From Pseudovirgaria hyperparasitica (taxonomy: Eukaryota), in NCBI GenBank assembly GCA_010093815.1, contig ML996569.1: 64,000 nucleotides of DNA. One strand, written 5' to 3'. A program made the position numbers and the translations under genes. Below, piece after piece: positions 10,838-21,724 of the stretch. The notes beneath the pieces were generated by a model. That model was given only the letters and a program-made list of their open reading frames with translations, was not told the origin of the DNA and searched no databases. Each line of letters begins with the position of its first letter. Positions within the stretch are counted from its first letter, which is position 1.

Positions 10838-12286
10838 TTCGCAACAAGACCCTATCTAGCAAGTGGGAAGCAAAGACTTTCGGCGAGTGGGTCCTCATTC
10901 GCCATCGCAGTCTATGCGCCCAACTTGAGCCGATGGGCTATTCTAGTCAGCCGGTATCGCGGACATGATGTAAGCTTGGTGTTGTAGAGAAGCATCATGC
11001 AATCCGACTACTCGTACTGGTATTGGCTACGCCTTTTGCGATTCAGGGCTGCAAGGAAGGTTCGAAGATTTCACAGGCGGCCCCGCCAATTGCCGACGAT
11101 TTCCGCGTAAATGTTGACTGACTGACGCTAGCGGCTATGAGTACGACTGGTAAGCCGACCGACATACCTTGCATTACTCCAACGTCGGTTCCCGTAATTA
11201 TATCAGGATTCAGCGTCGCCTCCAGCCGCGTGGTCATTTGATTTTTCATACCTTACATTCACAATGTCGCCTGTGTCGCCAGGTCAGTCAGTACTGGACC
11301 CTGGCCTCGTGATACATGCCTATTCCAATAGGCAGTCGATCTGTTGTGCGCGCTTGCAAGAAAGGAACATACCCAGCGCTCTATACTTGACCGCCTTTCC
11401 TTCAGCTGATGAAACGCCTTTAGCGTTACAATATACGCCTGATGTTCTGACACAGTAGATATCTGCCTCGAAAGTCGAGCGAGAACTTCGACCTGTATCA
11501 ACGTGATGATTAGCAGCCTGACCTGGACAACCGTGGTATGGTGGAGCCAGCGTTGATCCGAGATCTATGCAAGCCGACAGAATTGGCAGGGATAAAATGA
11601 ATGGGCTGCATGAACATGTTTGCTTGCTAGATGCATAAGTACATGGGTAGAAGGGATAGCCCTATTGAACATGCAATTGCTCTTTTGATGCTACCGATGT
11701 CTCTGTTGAGCTGTCGTCAGCTACATGCATGCCAGAAATACGAAGGTGGACTTGAACAGTTAGATCTTATGGATATAATTGAATCTGTTGGAAATCTGTC
11801 GGAGTCTGCATCGATGCTGGAGACATTCCCAAAGTAAACATCGTGCCAAGGATTCGTGCGGACCGGTGCGTATAGATGGCCTCCGGGACAGTAAATCTCT
11901 CCGCATGTTGCGATTACTAGTGACTCATACAGATTGATGTAGGGGCCAAATATCAGTGTTATGTACCAGAACGCCTTGCATGTGCTCTATCAGTCAGACC
12001 TTGCGATACCGGAGCGCCATTGCTCAATACGCATGACCGCATGGCCTGGAATTCTTTCAATCAATTGGCGTTATTGACTAACCTTCAAGTCGGACTCTCG
12101 CAGAGCGGATATTACCGGAAGTGCGCGCATGTTTATATGTCGCCAGCTCATATGTGAGTAATGCGTAGGATGCTGGATCGACCGGTGATGTATTGTAGTG
12201 GATATCTCATGGAAACGCCGCGTAAATGCTAACAACATGTTTATCCAGTTGTATAATACCCAATATGCATCTGCCTGGCACACATT

Positions 12287-13397
12287 TCAAACGCCTTTCC
12301 GCTGCTTGAGGCCGTCCAATTGTTGGAACATCAACCCGCTAGTCGCTGCAGCAAATCGTTTCACATCGTCAACGGGCACTCTAGTCAGGGCTTCGTTGAC
12401 ACCTTCCACCACCTCTGGTTCCTCCATTATCTCACCCATGAGTCGTTCCTCTTGGGTCCAGTAGTTCAGAGTCTTATCTCTGAATGCTGGATCTCGCATT
12501 ACAGTATTCCTCAACGCAACGAGGTTGTTCATGTTTTGACGCAGTATTTCGTTTGCTTTGGTGACCTCTTCCAGGCGCTCTGATATCGAAGGTGGTTGGG
12601 CTAGCCAGCGATTGGTAGAGGTATAGTGAATAAGGGCATAGAATCCTATATCGAGTAGGAAGAGCGCAGCGAATCTGCCTGTTCGCATGTTCCAGTGCAG
12701 AAAATCGACATCTTCAACAAGCTTCGTATCGTTTCGCTTCACGTCAAAGTTCCAGATAGTTCCGATATCCCCCGCCGCAACGAGTAAGCTGAGGATGGTG
12801 GCCCATGTTCTCCAGCGCATTCCTTCTTTACCAGCCTTATATGTAACCAAGCCTAGTATGGCTGTATTGAGCAGATGCGGCATGGCGAGACTTGCCACAC
12901 TATAGTAGAAGTAGCTATGCTCGTGGTCGCAATTGCAAAATGAACAGTTGGCCAGCGCCTCTGGCCCGTACGCAGCGTATACCATTCGGCATTGTCTCGA
13001 TATAAAATTTGCCTTCAGGGCTTGATCAAAGTCCGTGAGAGGAGAGCGAAAGTCTGCGAGCCTCTCGAAGATATCTGCCGTAGGAAAATATGTGAAAGTT
13101 GTGGACGTTTTGTGATATATATTTTCTGGCGCGAAGTACGGAAAACATGCGATGAGAAAGACGACGGCAGCTACGAAGAGGATATTCTGGGCGCGAGCGA
13201 CATGAGGAGGGACCGGCCGTATTGTAACGCCAGGGCGTTTCGAGAAGAGGGCCCGGTATACCGTTGGTCCATACGAGAGCAGTATGGTCGGACCTAATGC
13301 ATATGCGATCGGCTTGACCCTACACGAAGCTGGTGTTAGTTGCGTCCATGATGATGAGTTTTAGAGTCTGAGCATACGTTTTCCAGGTATCACTCAT
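12287..13397 (-). CDS. Conserved fungal hypothetical membrane protein
   Basis: Exon 1 MSDTWKT, a GTATGC...CTAAC...TAG intron (~13320-13377), then an open frame VKPIAYALGPTILL...PENIY...YGPEALANCSFC...YTSTNRW that continues into ORF 12287-12985. Several hydrophobic segments. Confidence 0.75.
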
Positions 13398-13680
13398 AAC
13401 GACGTTCGTGGTAGTAATGCAAGCATGGAGCCAAAGAAAACAGAAGAACAGAAAAAGACAGCGAAGCAATGAAACGACGTTCTCGAATGTCACTTTTACG
13501 ACCAACGTTGCCTTTAGTTAATTAGCGCCCGTAGGGCTGAGCTAGTTTGTTTCGGCGGTGACGCTTAAGCCGTTCTGGCATGTACGCCTAGCCTGGATGG
13601 AAATTTTATCATTTTGTCGACCACGCGAGAAGATCGCACAGCAACACTTCCACACGAGGATTGCTAATGCGATTGCAATC

Positions 13681-15963
13681 ATGCCAAGTTTCCGCGTGAA
13701 TAAGCCGCCAGGTAACGGGATGCCTCGGGGCAATGGAATGTCTCGAGGTGGGCGTGGAGGGCGTGGTCGCGCAGGGTTTGGAGACCGGGGAGGTCGAGGA
13801 CGTGGCGGTCGAGGTGGCCGTGGACGTGGACGTGGACGAGGCGGAAATACTTCGAAGTTCGCGAGCGCGCGCCTAGGAGAAACACACGATGAGGACTCAG
13901 ACGATGCAGATGGTGACATTCCTGACGATGTGGAAAGTATACCATCGGATGATCATGATGAAATATCAGCGTCAAGTGAAAGTGAGGATGAAGGACCTTC
14001 AGGCCTAGTGCCATATAATGCCCTACTGCAATCTTTTAAGTCGACTACGAGAGATACAGAGCCGCAAAGGAAGCGTCGAAAGCTTGACCGCGCACCTCAA
14101 GAGCATGGAGTGAGGGAGTCAGGTGACATGGCTGAGGACTCAGTAGAGCATGAAGAAGAGCAAATGCTAGACATGGAGCCTGATGCAGAGGACGACGGCG
14201 ATGAGGAAGGCCCGGAGAACGATGAGGATGATGACATGCAATCTTCTGCCGACGAGGACGAGACCGACCCGTTCGAACTGCACTTTGCGAATCCGGATGA
14301 GGACGAGCTGAGCAACAAAATCAAAGCTGCCCAGGAGAACAGTTGGACGCCTCAGAAGCTGTCACCAAGCGCAGACTACAAAATGACCGGCCAGTACCCA
14401 GGAAACTTCACTCCAAGGCATGTCCCAGGAGTGGAAGGGCTCGTTGACAAGGGATTCAATATAAAACCGCGGCTTTCAGAAGCGAGTCGAAAGCTTCTCA
14501 AGAAGGCTACGGCTCTGGAACAAGCACTTTTTCCCATCATCTTCGATAACCAAGACCTCCTTTTCGGAGCTCGCACACCCTCAAACGCAGATCGACTGCG
14601 AAATTTGGTCTCTCTTCATGCCCTCAATCACCTGTACAAAACCCGTGACCGCATCATTAAAAACAACACCAAACTCGCCCGCGATAAAACAGGCAGCCTC
14701 GAACTCCGCGATCAAGGTTTTACTCGTCCTAAAGTTCTCATCTTGACCGCCACACGGTCTGCTTGCTACAAGATTGTGCAAGCCATGCTCGCCATTGCCT
14801 CTCCAGAGCAACAAGAAAACAAGAAACGCTTCGAAGACGCCTTCATCCTCGACAACCCCATCCCGTCCGACCGCCCAGCGGACTACATCGACCTCTTCGC
14901 CGGCAACAATGACGACGAGTTCCGCGTCGGCATGAAATTCACGCGCAAAACGGTCAAATTCTTCTCCAAATTCGCAAACTCAGACATCATCCTCGCCTCC
15001 CCACTCGGACTCCGCCGCTCGCTCACCACGACAGACAAAAAGGGCAGCCCGCCAAACACCGACTTCCTCAGCTCCATCGAGATCTGCATCGTCGACCAGG
15101 CCGACGCCCTCCTCATGCAGAACTGGGACCACCTCACCCACATCTTCACCCACCTCAACGCCCTTCCGCGCAACCCGGCCGGCACGGACTTCAGCCGCGT
15201 CCGCAACTGGTGCCTCAACGCCCACTCCCCCTTCCTCCGCCAGACCATCCTCCTCGCCGCCTACCTCACCCCCGACCTCAACGCCCTCTTCACCGCCCAC
15301 ATGCGCAACATCGCCGGCCGCGTCAAAATCTGCCCGGCCAACTACCCAGGCCACCTCGCCGTGCCCATGCCCATCAAGCAAACCTTCAACCGCATCGCCG
15401 CGCCCTCTCCCCTCGCCGCCCCCGACACCCGCTTCGCACACTTCTGCACCGCCATCGTGCCCGCCCTAGCAGCACGCAGCAAGCGCGCCTCCGCCAACAG
15501 CAGCACCACCGCCGCCGGCACCCTCGTCTGCGTACCCAGCTACTACGACTTTGTGCGCCTGCGCAACTTCTTCGCCACCTCCACCGCCGCGCAAAACATC
15601 TCCTTTGGCGCCATCTCGGAGTACTCGTCCCCGACACAGGTGCGACAGGCGCGCTCGCATTTCGGCACAGGCCGGTTCTCCGTGCTGCTGTACTCTGGGC
15701 GCGCGCACCACTTTCAGCGGTATCGCATCCGGGGCGTCCGGTCGGTGGTGTGGTATGGGGTGCCGGATAATGCGGTGTTTTATGGCGAGGGGCTGGAGAT
15801 GGTGCTGGCGAGTGTGGAGAAGGGGGTTGTGGGGGTCGGGGAGGCGCGGGTGCGGATGCTGTTTACGAGGTGGGATGGGCTGGGGCTGGAGAGGGTTGTG
15901 GGGAGTGAGCGGGTGAGGGGGATGGTTGGGGAGGCGATGGGGGATGTTTTTGAGTTTGTGTAG
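13681..15963 (+). CDS. UTP25: U3 snoRNA-associated protein 25 (DEF family; degenerate helicase fold)
   Basis: RDQGFTRPKVLIL, LFAGNNDDEFRVGMKFTRK, SDIILASPLGLR, DFLSSIE...DQADALLMQNWDH, PSYYDFVRLRNFF, LLYSGRAHHFQRY motifs. N-terminal RGG and acidic tracts. Confidence 0.97.
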   Translation: MPSFRVNKPPGNGMPRGNGMSRGGRGGRGRAGFGDRGGRGRGGRGGRGRGRGRGGNTSKFASARLGETHDEDSDDADGDIPDDVESIPSDDHDEISASSESEDEGPSGLVPYNALLQSFKSTTRDTEPQRKRRKLDRAPQEHGVRESGDMAEDSVEHEEEQMLDMEPDAEDDGDEEGPENDEDDDMQSSADEDETDPFELHFANPDEDELSNKIKAAQENSWTPQKLSPSADYKMTGQYPGNFTPRHVPGVEGLVDKGFNIKPRLSEASRKLLKKATALEQALFPIIFDNQDLLFGARTPSNADRLRNLVSLHALNHLYKTRDRIIKNNTKLARDKTGSLELRDQGFTRPKVLILTATRSACYKIVQAMLAIASPEQQENKKRFEDAFILDNPIPSDRPADYIDLFAGNNDDEFRVGMKFTRKTVKFFSKFANSDIILASPLGLRRSLTTTDKKGSPPNTDFLSSIEICIVDQADALLMQNWDHLTHIFTHLNALPRNPAGTDFSRVRNWCLNAHSPFLRQTILLAAYLTPDLNALFTAHMRNIAGRVKICPANYPGHLAVPMPIKQTFNRIAAPSPLAAPDTRFAHFCTAIVPALAARSKRASANSSTTAAGTLVCVPSYYDFVRLRNFFATSTAAQNISFGAISEYSSPTQVRQARSHFGTGRFSVLLYSGRAHHFQRYRIRGVRSVVWYGVPDNAVFYGEGLEMVLASVEKGVVGVGEARVRMLFTRWDGLGLERVVGSERVRGMVGEAMGDVFEFV

Positions 15964-16239
15964 GGGTGTTTGGTTGTTGGTGTGGGATTGTGAGGTTGGT
16001 TGTTGGATGAGTCTGTGCAAAGTACGACATGTGTTTGAACGACATCGAGCTGTTTGCGTGACAGTGAGTACACATAGTGAATATCTAGATTATCGCAGAT
16101 GCAGCATACACACATCCTGACAGACCAGTCAATCAAATCCGTCCCACCATCGTCAAAAAGCTCATACGAGTTCTAGTACGTTACAAACAACATATCATTA
16201 TTCAAAGCCATATCACATGACCCGATCCAACTATAGCGA

Positions 16240-16273
16240 CACGTGACGTCCCACGTGACGTCCCACGTGACGC
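16240..16273. repeat. Three tandem 12-bp units CACGTGACGTCC (E-box/CRE composite)
   Basis: Units start at 16240, 16252 and 16264 (third ends ...GACGCC). Confidence 0.9.
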
Positions 16274-16756
16274 CAACTTACCACAACTCATTCCCTCGTC
16301 AAAGCCGCCAAAACACCAAGACGAGAGAGAGAGAAAGAAAAAAAAAATCCACAAATCCTTCCTACTTCCTACCAAAAAAATAACGTTTCGCGTCAATTTC
16401 TCCGTGAAAGGCAAAATTGCAAAGCAAGCAGTCTCCCGCGCGCGCTGCGCTAAGGTGTCGAGAGATGGTGGTGGTACTAGGCCGGGGGGAGGTGTGTGGT
16501 GTGTGTGTGCAGCCCGTATCGGGGGGAGGGGGGTTTAGGTAGGTTTAGTGCCTGTGTGGTAAGCAGTCTGGCCCTAATTACTAGAAGGCTGAGAAAGACG
16601 CGGGTATCAGAGTTTAGGGCTAGCCCGAGATAAATAATTAGTCTATGTGGGCTGCGGCTAGAAGGAGTGGGTAGGCTGGTTGTTTTGGTCGTTGAGATGG
16701 GAGGTGGGAGTTTTGCGCTGCGGTTTTGCGCTGCGGAGGATTGAGGAGTGGGAGTT

Positions 16757-16798
16757 GGATGGGATGGATGGATGGATGGTTGGTTGGTTGGTTGGTTG
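16757..16798. repeat. Compound microsatellite (GGAT)n-(GGTT)n
   Basis: Directly visible tetranucleotide repeats. Confidence 0.9.
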
Positions 16799-18639
16799 TT
16801 ATGAGGCGCAAGTAGTTTGGTTACGGATTTAGGTGACGGGAGGACTCATCTATGTTGCAGTTGCTGGAGCCTGAAGGTCAATACCGGTAGATGCGACAGT
16901 AGCTCATCTCATACTGTATTCAAGAGATTCATGATTTATCAAGACTATTACGAGAGGCGGCGGACATTCAATCCATCGAACAGAAGAGTGCAGACCGGCC
17001 CCACGTGGTTGGCTGTTTGCATCATGCAAGGATGCTAGGCTTTTCAAGCTCGAAATAGACCAGCGCGTCTGGCACTCTGGATTGATGTCCAGCACATGCT
17101 GATGGTAATAATTAATAACGAGTACAACGAAAGGAGCGAATTCCACATCCCATGCGCCACACGCAAGAATGCAAAAGTGCCCTAGGACGTAGCTGGTGTC
17201 GAGCTGTCGAAGCCCCCTGGTCAAGAGTCGTGATAGAGACGGTGGTGTTGGCCCTAGGCCGAGGATGCACGAGACGAGCGCGTTCTATTGATTTGATCGG
17301 GAGATGAGAGGTTAATATGACGCAATCCGTGAGAGCGCTATGGGATGCTTGGCTATTACTTGGGACGACGTGGTCAGTCAGTCCAGTCAGTCATTTAATT
17401 AAATAATATCGCAAGTAATCGGTTGTAGTGTCGTAATCAGACACGCGTAGTGCGCAGATCCATCATCTTCTCGTAGCAACGACGATGCGCAGAGACATGG
17501 AAGTGTACTCGGGATAACAGTTTTAGTGAATATGTATACAGTACAGCTGCAGTGGTGTTGCGATCGCAGTACTGTAGGAAGTGCATTCCAACGGGCGTGT
17601 GGTGTGGCTTACGGAAGCGTGGGAGCAAGCAAGGCGAGCCGCAGAGCCGGGAGTGGCCAGACCAAAGAAAGACCTCGGGACCGCGGATGGGTGCGAAGAT
17701 CATGTTCATCATATGGCGTCTGCGCAGCGCAGCAGAGTAAAAAAAGGTACGACGACGGACGGTACGACGGGAATTTTTCTTATTTGGATTTGGTTTGGAG
17801 CCATAGCACACACACACACACACATATATATACACTGCGACTGCGATCAGCGACGGGCCCAGCCCATCTGCGAAAGAATGTGGCATCAAGGCCGGACAGA
17901 GATAGATGCGATAAAGGATCTGTCTTGGAAAATTCGCTTGAGTATAGACAGCTAATATTAGTTGTGATATAGTGGTAGATATTAGTAGTTACCTAGGTAT
18001 CAAAAGTAGGGCGGACCATGAGCGCATTAATATCAGACGAAGACCCAAGGTGGCAAAGGCCCAGGCTGAAACAAGAAGAAGCCACGCAGGCAAGCTGGGC
18101 AGTCTACCTGACATCCACCCTCCAGGCGGACAGTGGACAGTGGACAGTGGAGCAACTACGTATACACAGTCCACGTCCCAAGGCTCGGCAAACGAACTAG
18201 CTACGTATCATCACGGAGAGGTTGATGTCAGGACATTTTCGTGCTCTGTTATGATTGAGCCAGGAATGCAAGGGTACAGCCGGAGGAAAAGACAAGCACA
18301 AGCACTACCAGCCAGCAGCAGCAAGAATGGAATCCAGGTTGTACGAGAATATGAATGCAGACAGACATGCTTACTTTTTGTGGCTGAAGCCTTGTTTTAT
18401 CGTGCAGGTGTATGTGCAGGTGGTTGTGGAGAATGAAAGCTGGAAGAAGTATTGAGTTTGGGCCTGAGGCGTAAGAAGTCGAAGGCAAGCAAAGCCCCTT
18501 ACTCCTCTCTATCCCGTCACCCCCGTCTGCTATGAGTATGCACGCACTCTGCGCCCTGTATTAGTGTTAGTTATGTGCCCTTTGCCCTCTGCCCGTCCTC
18601 TGCTCTATGCCCTCTAGCTGTCCTGTCCGCTCCTGTCCC

Positions 18640-19110
18640 TACTAATTACTACTAATAATACTAATACTACTAATAAGTACTAATACACACTACTCACTAT
18701 CCTGCCCTGTCTCGGTCTGCGCATCCTCATTTGCTGCGGACGTCGACTCTCATTCGCTGCGTGGGGCCTGTGCATCGCGCTACACCCGCATTCGGACGCA
18801 ACAGGGGGTCGAGGTGTGCGGCCAAACGTCAATTATTGCTGGATGCTGGCTCCGTCTTCCGTGTCCACTTTCTCTCTTCTGCCCTCTCTTCGCATCTTCC
18901 CTCGCATCATCATCCACCTTACCCCCCCCCCCCTCCCCTTCCCTTGGTTTTCCCCTTCCATTCCCATCCATTCTCCCCCTTCCATCTTCTTTCCCCATCA
19001 CTCTCTACCACTACCACTATTACCACTACCACTATTACCACTACCACCTCCTCCACCTCCACCCGCCCAAGCTCTCCCTCTCTCTCTCACAACCACCACA
19101 ACAACACCCT
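18640..19110. repeat. Low-complexity tracts upstream of Ahc1-like gene: (CTAATA/CTA)n, poly-C/pyrimidine tract, (ACCACT)n
   Basis: actaataatactaatactactaat at ~18640-18685, C/T tract ~18880-19000, accactaccactattaccact at ~19007-19050. Confidence 0.8.
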
Positions 19111-19681
19111 TCACCAGCTATCACAGCTTCACCTCGTCCACCCTATACACACACAGCTATTCACTCAGTTTGTGTTTTCTTCGCCGCCTACTCACCAGGC
19201 TTCCTTCTTTCTCATGACTCACGACCCTACCTCTTTTTTAATAATCTCCGTTTCTGCCGTCTTCCATTGTTTGCCTCGCCTTCTGGCTCTCCCAAACACC
19301 GCAGCTTCGCCTCTCTCTTCGCGACACCACGTCAGCTCTCGACCGTAGATCGCCCTCTTACAGCTTCAACAACCGACTCTTTGTTTACTCTACTTCTCGA
19401 GTAGACCCTTTTTTCTTCCTTTTTACTTTTCTCCCTGCACTTGCTGCAGACTACTTGACTCACTATTCTCCCTGTCTTCGCGCTTCGCGCCCTGATCTGA
19501 AGCTCGTGAGCCGAAGTTCGCCCTCTTGAAGCTCCAGTCAGTCTGCGACGTCACCACTTGCCTCGCGTCATAACATCTTCACTTTCTATCGCTGTCGCGT
19601 CTTTCACGCGCTGCTTCAGATGAGCTTTGAAGCCTCTACTTTTTCGCATCTTCTCGTCGCTCTGCCTCGTCGTTGCCCATC

Positions 19682-21724
19682 ATGCAGTCAATGAGTGGCA
19701 TGTTTAGGCTTCCATGGGCGACTGAGCCTCAGCCACATGAACTTTGCGAAAAGATACAGCTTTCAAAGCCGCGCCAGTTTCCTATCCCGACTGCAAACTT
19801 CAAGCGCAAACGGACTGATAGTGTAGACCTGCTCGACTCGGTAGCCGTACAGAAGAGAGCCAAAGTCACACCACGTGAGGTGCTGCCTACCACTGCCACC
19901 CCTACTACCTCTGTGACAGATCCTGTTCCAGCATCGCAGGTGCTGCCTGGTCCTGTTGCCGAGCAGAAGAAGGATCTTCCTCTTCAACACGGAAACGTGA
20001 ACCCGCGCCCTACACCTTCTCCAGATGCCGGCAAGGAAACTGCCGTTGACTCGGTTGCGCGCGCGCCATCTTCACTTCCGCCCGTTGCTGAAAACACTCA
20101 TGTTGTTCAACCATCCGACACAGCAGACATGGAAGCTTGTCTCACTCCGCTGCAAGTATCTATCGAAACTCAATTTAACCTTGAAATCTTATTCAAGCAT
20201 CAAGAACTACGCTTGATCGATCAGGAGTTGGCCAAGGCCCAAATCGCACTAGAGCAGCTGCGTAGATGTCACATCATACCCTTTCCCGGCTCCGATGGCA
20301 TGTCTGAAAATGTCACCATCGGCGCCGGTCAGGCTCTACGACCGGCACCTGGTCACTCACAGCCTGCTCACCCGGCAGCATGGGGTGTCACTGACGGCCC
20401 CTACACAAGGCATTATGCAAAGTGGCTCATACCAGATCCAAAGTTCGACTCTGTCCCTCTTTCCTCTCTATCTAATGGTTGGGAAGGCCGAAAAGCGACG
20501 CGCGCACACTTCGATCCTCTAAACGGATCAAAGTCTCGCACGTCGCGCAACAGTACCTTTGGCTTGAACCTCCCTTCAATCGGCGGCGAACCGGCTAAAG
20601 ATGTGCCCAAGGTCGATCCGCTGCTACACAAGCGGTCCAGTGACGGGAAATGGGTACGACTTTTCTGCAATGACTGCGGTCACAGCAACTTTTCCAACAC
20701 ACAGGGATTTCTCAATCATTGCCGTATCAAACATCAGCTAGTGTTCAAAAGTCACGATGCCGCCGCTTGTCAGTTAGGTCGACCTGTCGACGACCAAGAA
20801 GCCGGCGCAGCACAACCAACCCCCACAGCAGTTCAATCAACGCCTCTGCCCACTCCAACCAATGCCACTACTGCTACTCCGATCACAGCATACTCGTCTG
20901 CTCCAAGGCCTTTCGTTCATTCGCTTATAACCAAGACTCCTGCGCAAATCATCACTAAGTCTCTGCCACCACGGCGACTGACTGAAGCGTCGCCAGTCGA
21001 ATTACCACGCGCCGATACTGCAGGGAAGGTCAATGCTCTCATGACTCCCACCCTTACTCCTGGTGTCAAAAGGAATGACTACTTTTCGACGCCTGTTTTG
21101 GCGAGTCCTGTGAACAAGCTAAGCGATGGCTCCTCATTTATCCCATCACCCCAAACGCCATTCCTCAACACTCTGTTCGAGAAGCGTGGTGTTTCTGGAA
21201 ATCTGAGGGACGCCGTAGCGGCTGCAAAGACAAAAGTGGATCTTTCTGCCATCGAGATGCCAAGTGATGACGAACTCGGTTCAGCTCCCCACAGCCCAAA
21301 CCACAAAACATCCGAGAGTCAACCAATGGCACGTCTGCCCTCTCGTGGCGGTATGGGCCCACTTTCGCAACGTCAAACGAGCAAGAAGGCGCATTCATCC
21401 GAGTCGACCCGACCAGCTCATCGCGCTCCAACGGCTCTGAACTTGAACGCGACTCCCTCGCTTGAAAATAGCAATAGTCGTCCGGTTTCACAGTCGCCAG
21501 TCGGGCTAAGTCCACATACTCTTGAATCTAATCCCGGTCTAGTCAGCGATGACGATGATGAGGACGATGAAGATGACAATTGTTCCGTCTCTCAGATTGA
21601 TCGCGACGTCGACATGATGCAAGCTCATCATCCCGTCGTTGTGGACGACGGCAGTGACGCAGAATGCGAGCGCAGAAAGGGTATTCAAGGATTCAAGAAA
21701 GCTGGTCCCTCTCAAAAACAATAA
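19682..21724 (+). CDS. Ahc1-like (ADA histone acetyltransferase complex component) protein with C2H2-type zinc finger
   Basis: Coiled-coil block QFNLEILFKHQELRLIDQELAKAQIALEQLRRC and zinc finger CNDCGHSNFSNTQGFLNHCRIKH, recalled as characteristic of fungal Ahc1-like proteins. Intronless, ~680 aa. Confidence 0.78.
   Translation: MQSMSGMFRLPWATEPQPHELCEKIQLSKPRQFPIPTANFKRKRTDSVDLLDSVAVQKRAKVTPREVLPTTATPTTSVTDPVPASQVLPGPVAEQKKDLPLQHGNVNPRPTPSPDAGKETAVDSVARAPSSLPPVAENTHVVQPSDTADMEACLTPLQVSIETQFNLEILFKHQELRLIDQELAKAQIALEQLRRCHIIPFPGSDGMSENVTIGAGQALRPAPGHSQPAHPAAWGVTDGPYTRHYAKWLIPDPKFDSVPLSSLSNGWEGRKATRAHFDPLNGSKSRTSRNSTFGLNLPSIGGEPAKDVPKVDPLLHKRSSDGKWVRLFCNDCGHSNFSNTQGFLNHCRIKHQLVFKSHDAAACQLGRPVDDQEAGAAQPTPTAVQSTPLPTPTNATTATPITAYSSAPRPFVHSLITKTPAQIITKSLPPRRLTEASPVELPRADTAGKVNALMTPTLTPGVKRNDYFSTPVLASPVNKLSDGSSFIPSPQTPFLNTLFEKRGVSGNLRDAVAAAKTKVDLSAIEMPSDDELGSAPHSPNHKTSESQPMARLPSRGGMGPLSQRQTSKKAHSSESTRPAHRAPTALNLNATPSLENSNSRPVSQSPVGLSPHTLESNPGLVSDDDDEDDEDDNCSVSQIDRDVDMMQAHHPVVVDDGSDAECERRKGIQGFKKAGPSQKQ

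Noticed and set aside
14883..16136. Multiple overlapping alternative-frame and antisense ORFs in UTP25
   Set aside because: By-products of extreme third-position C/G bias (few stop codons); low-complexity translations.
18731..19404. Three overlapping ORFs of 133-205 aa
   Set aside because: They start at TTG/GTG and translate microsatellite or pyrimidine tracts; more likely promoter/5' UTR of the Ahc1-like gene.
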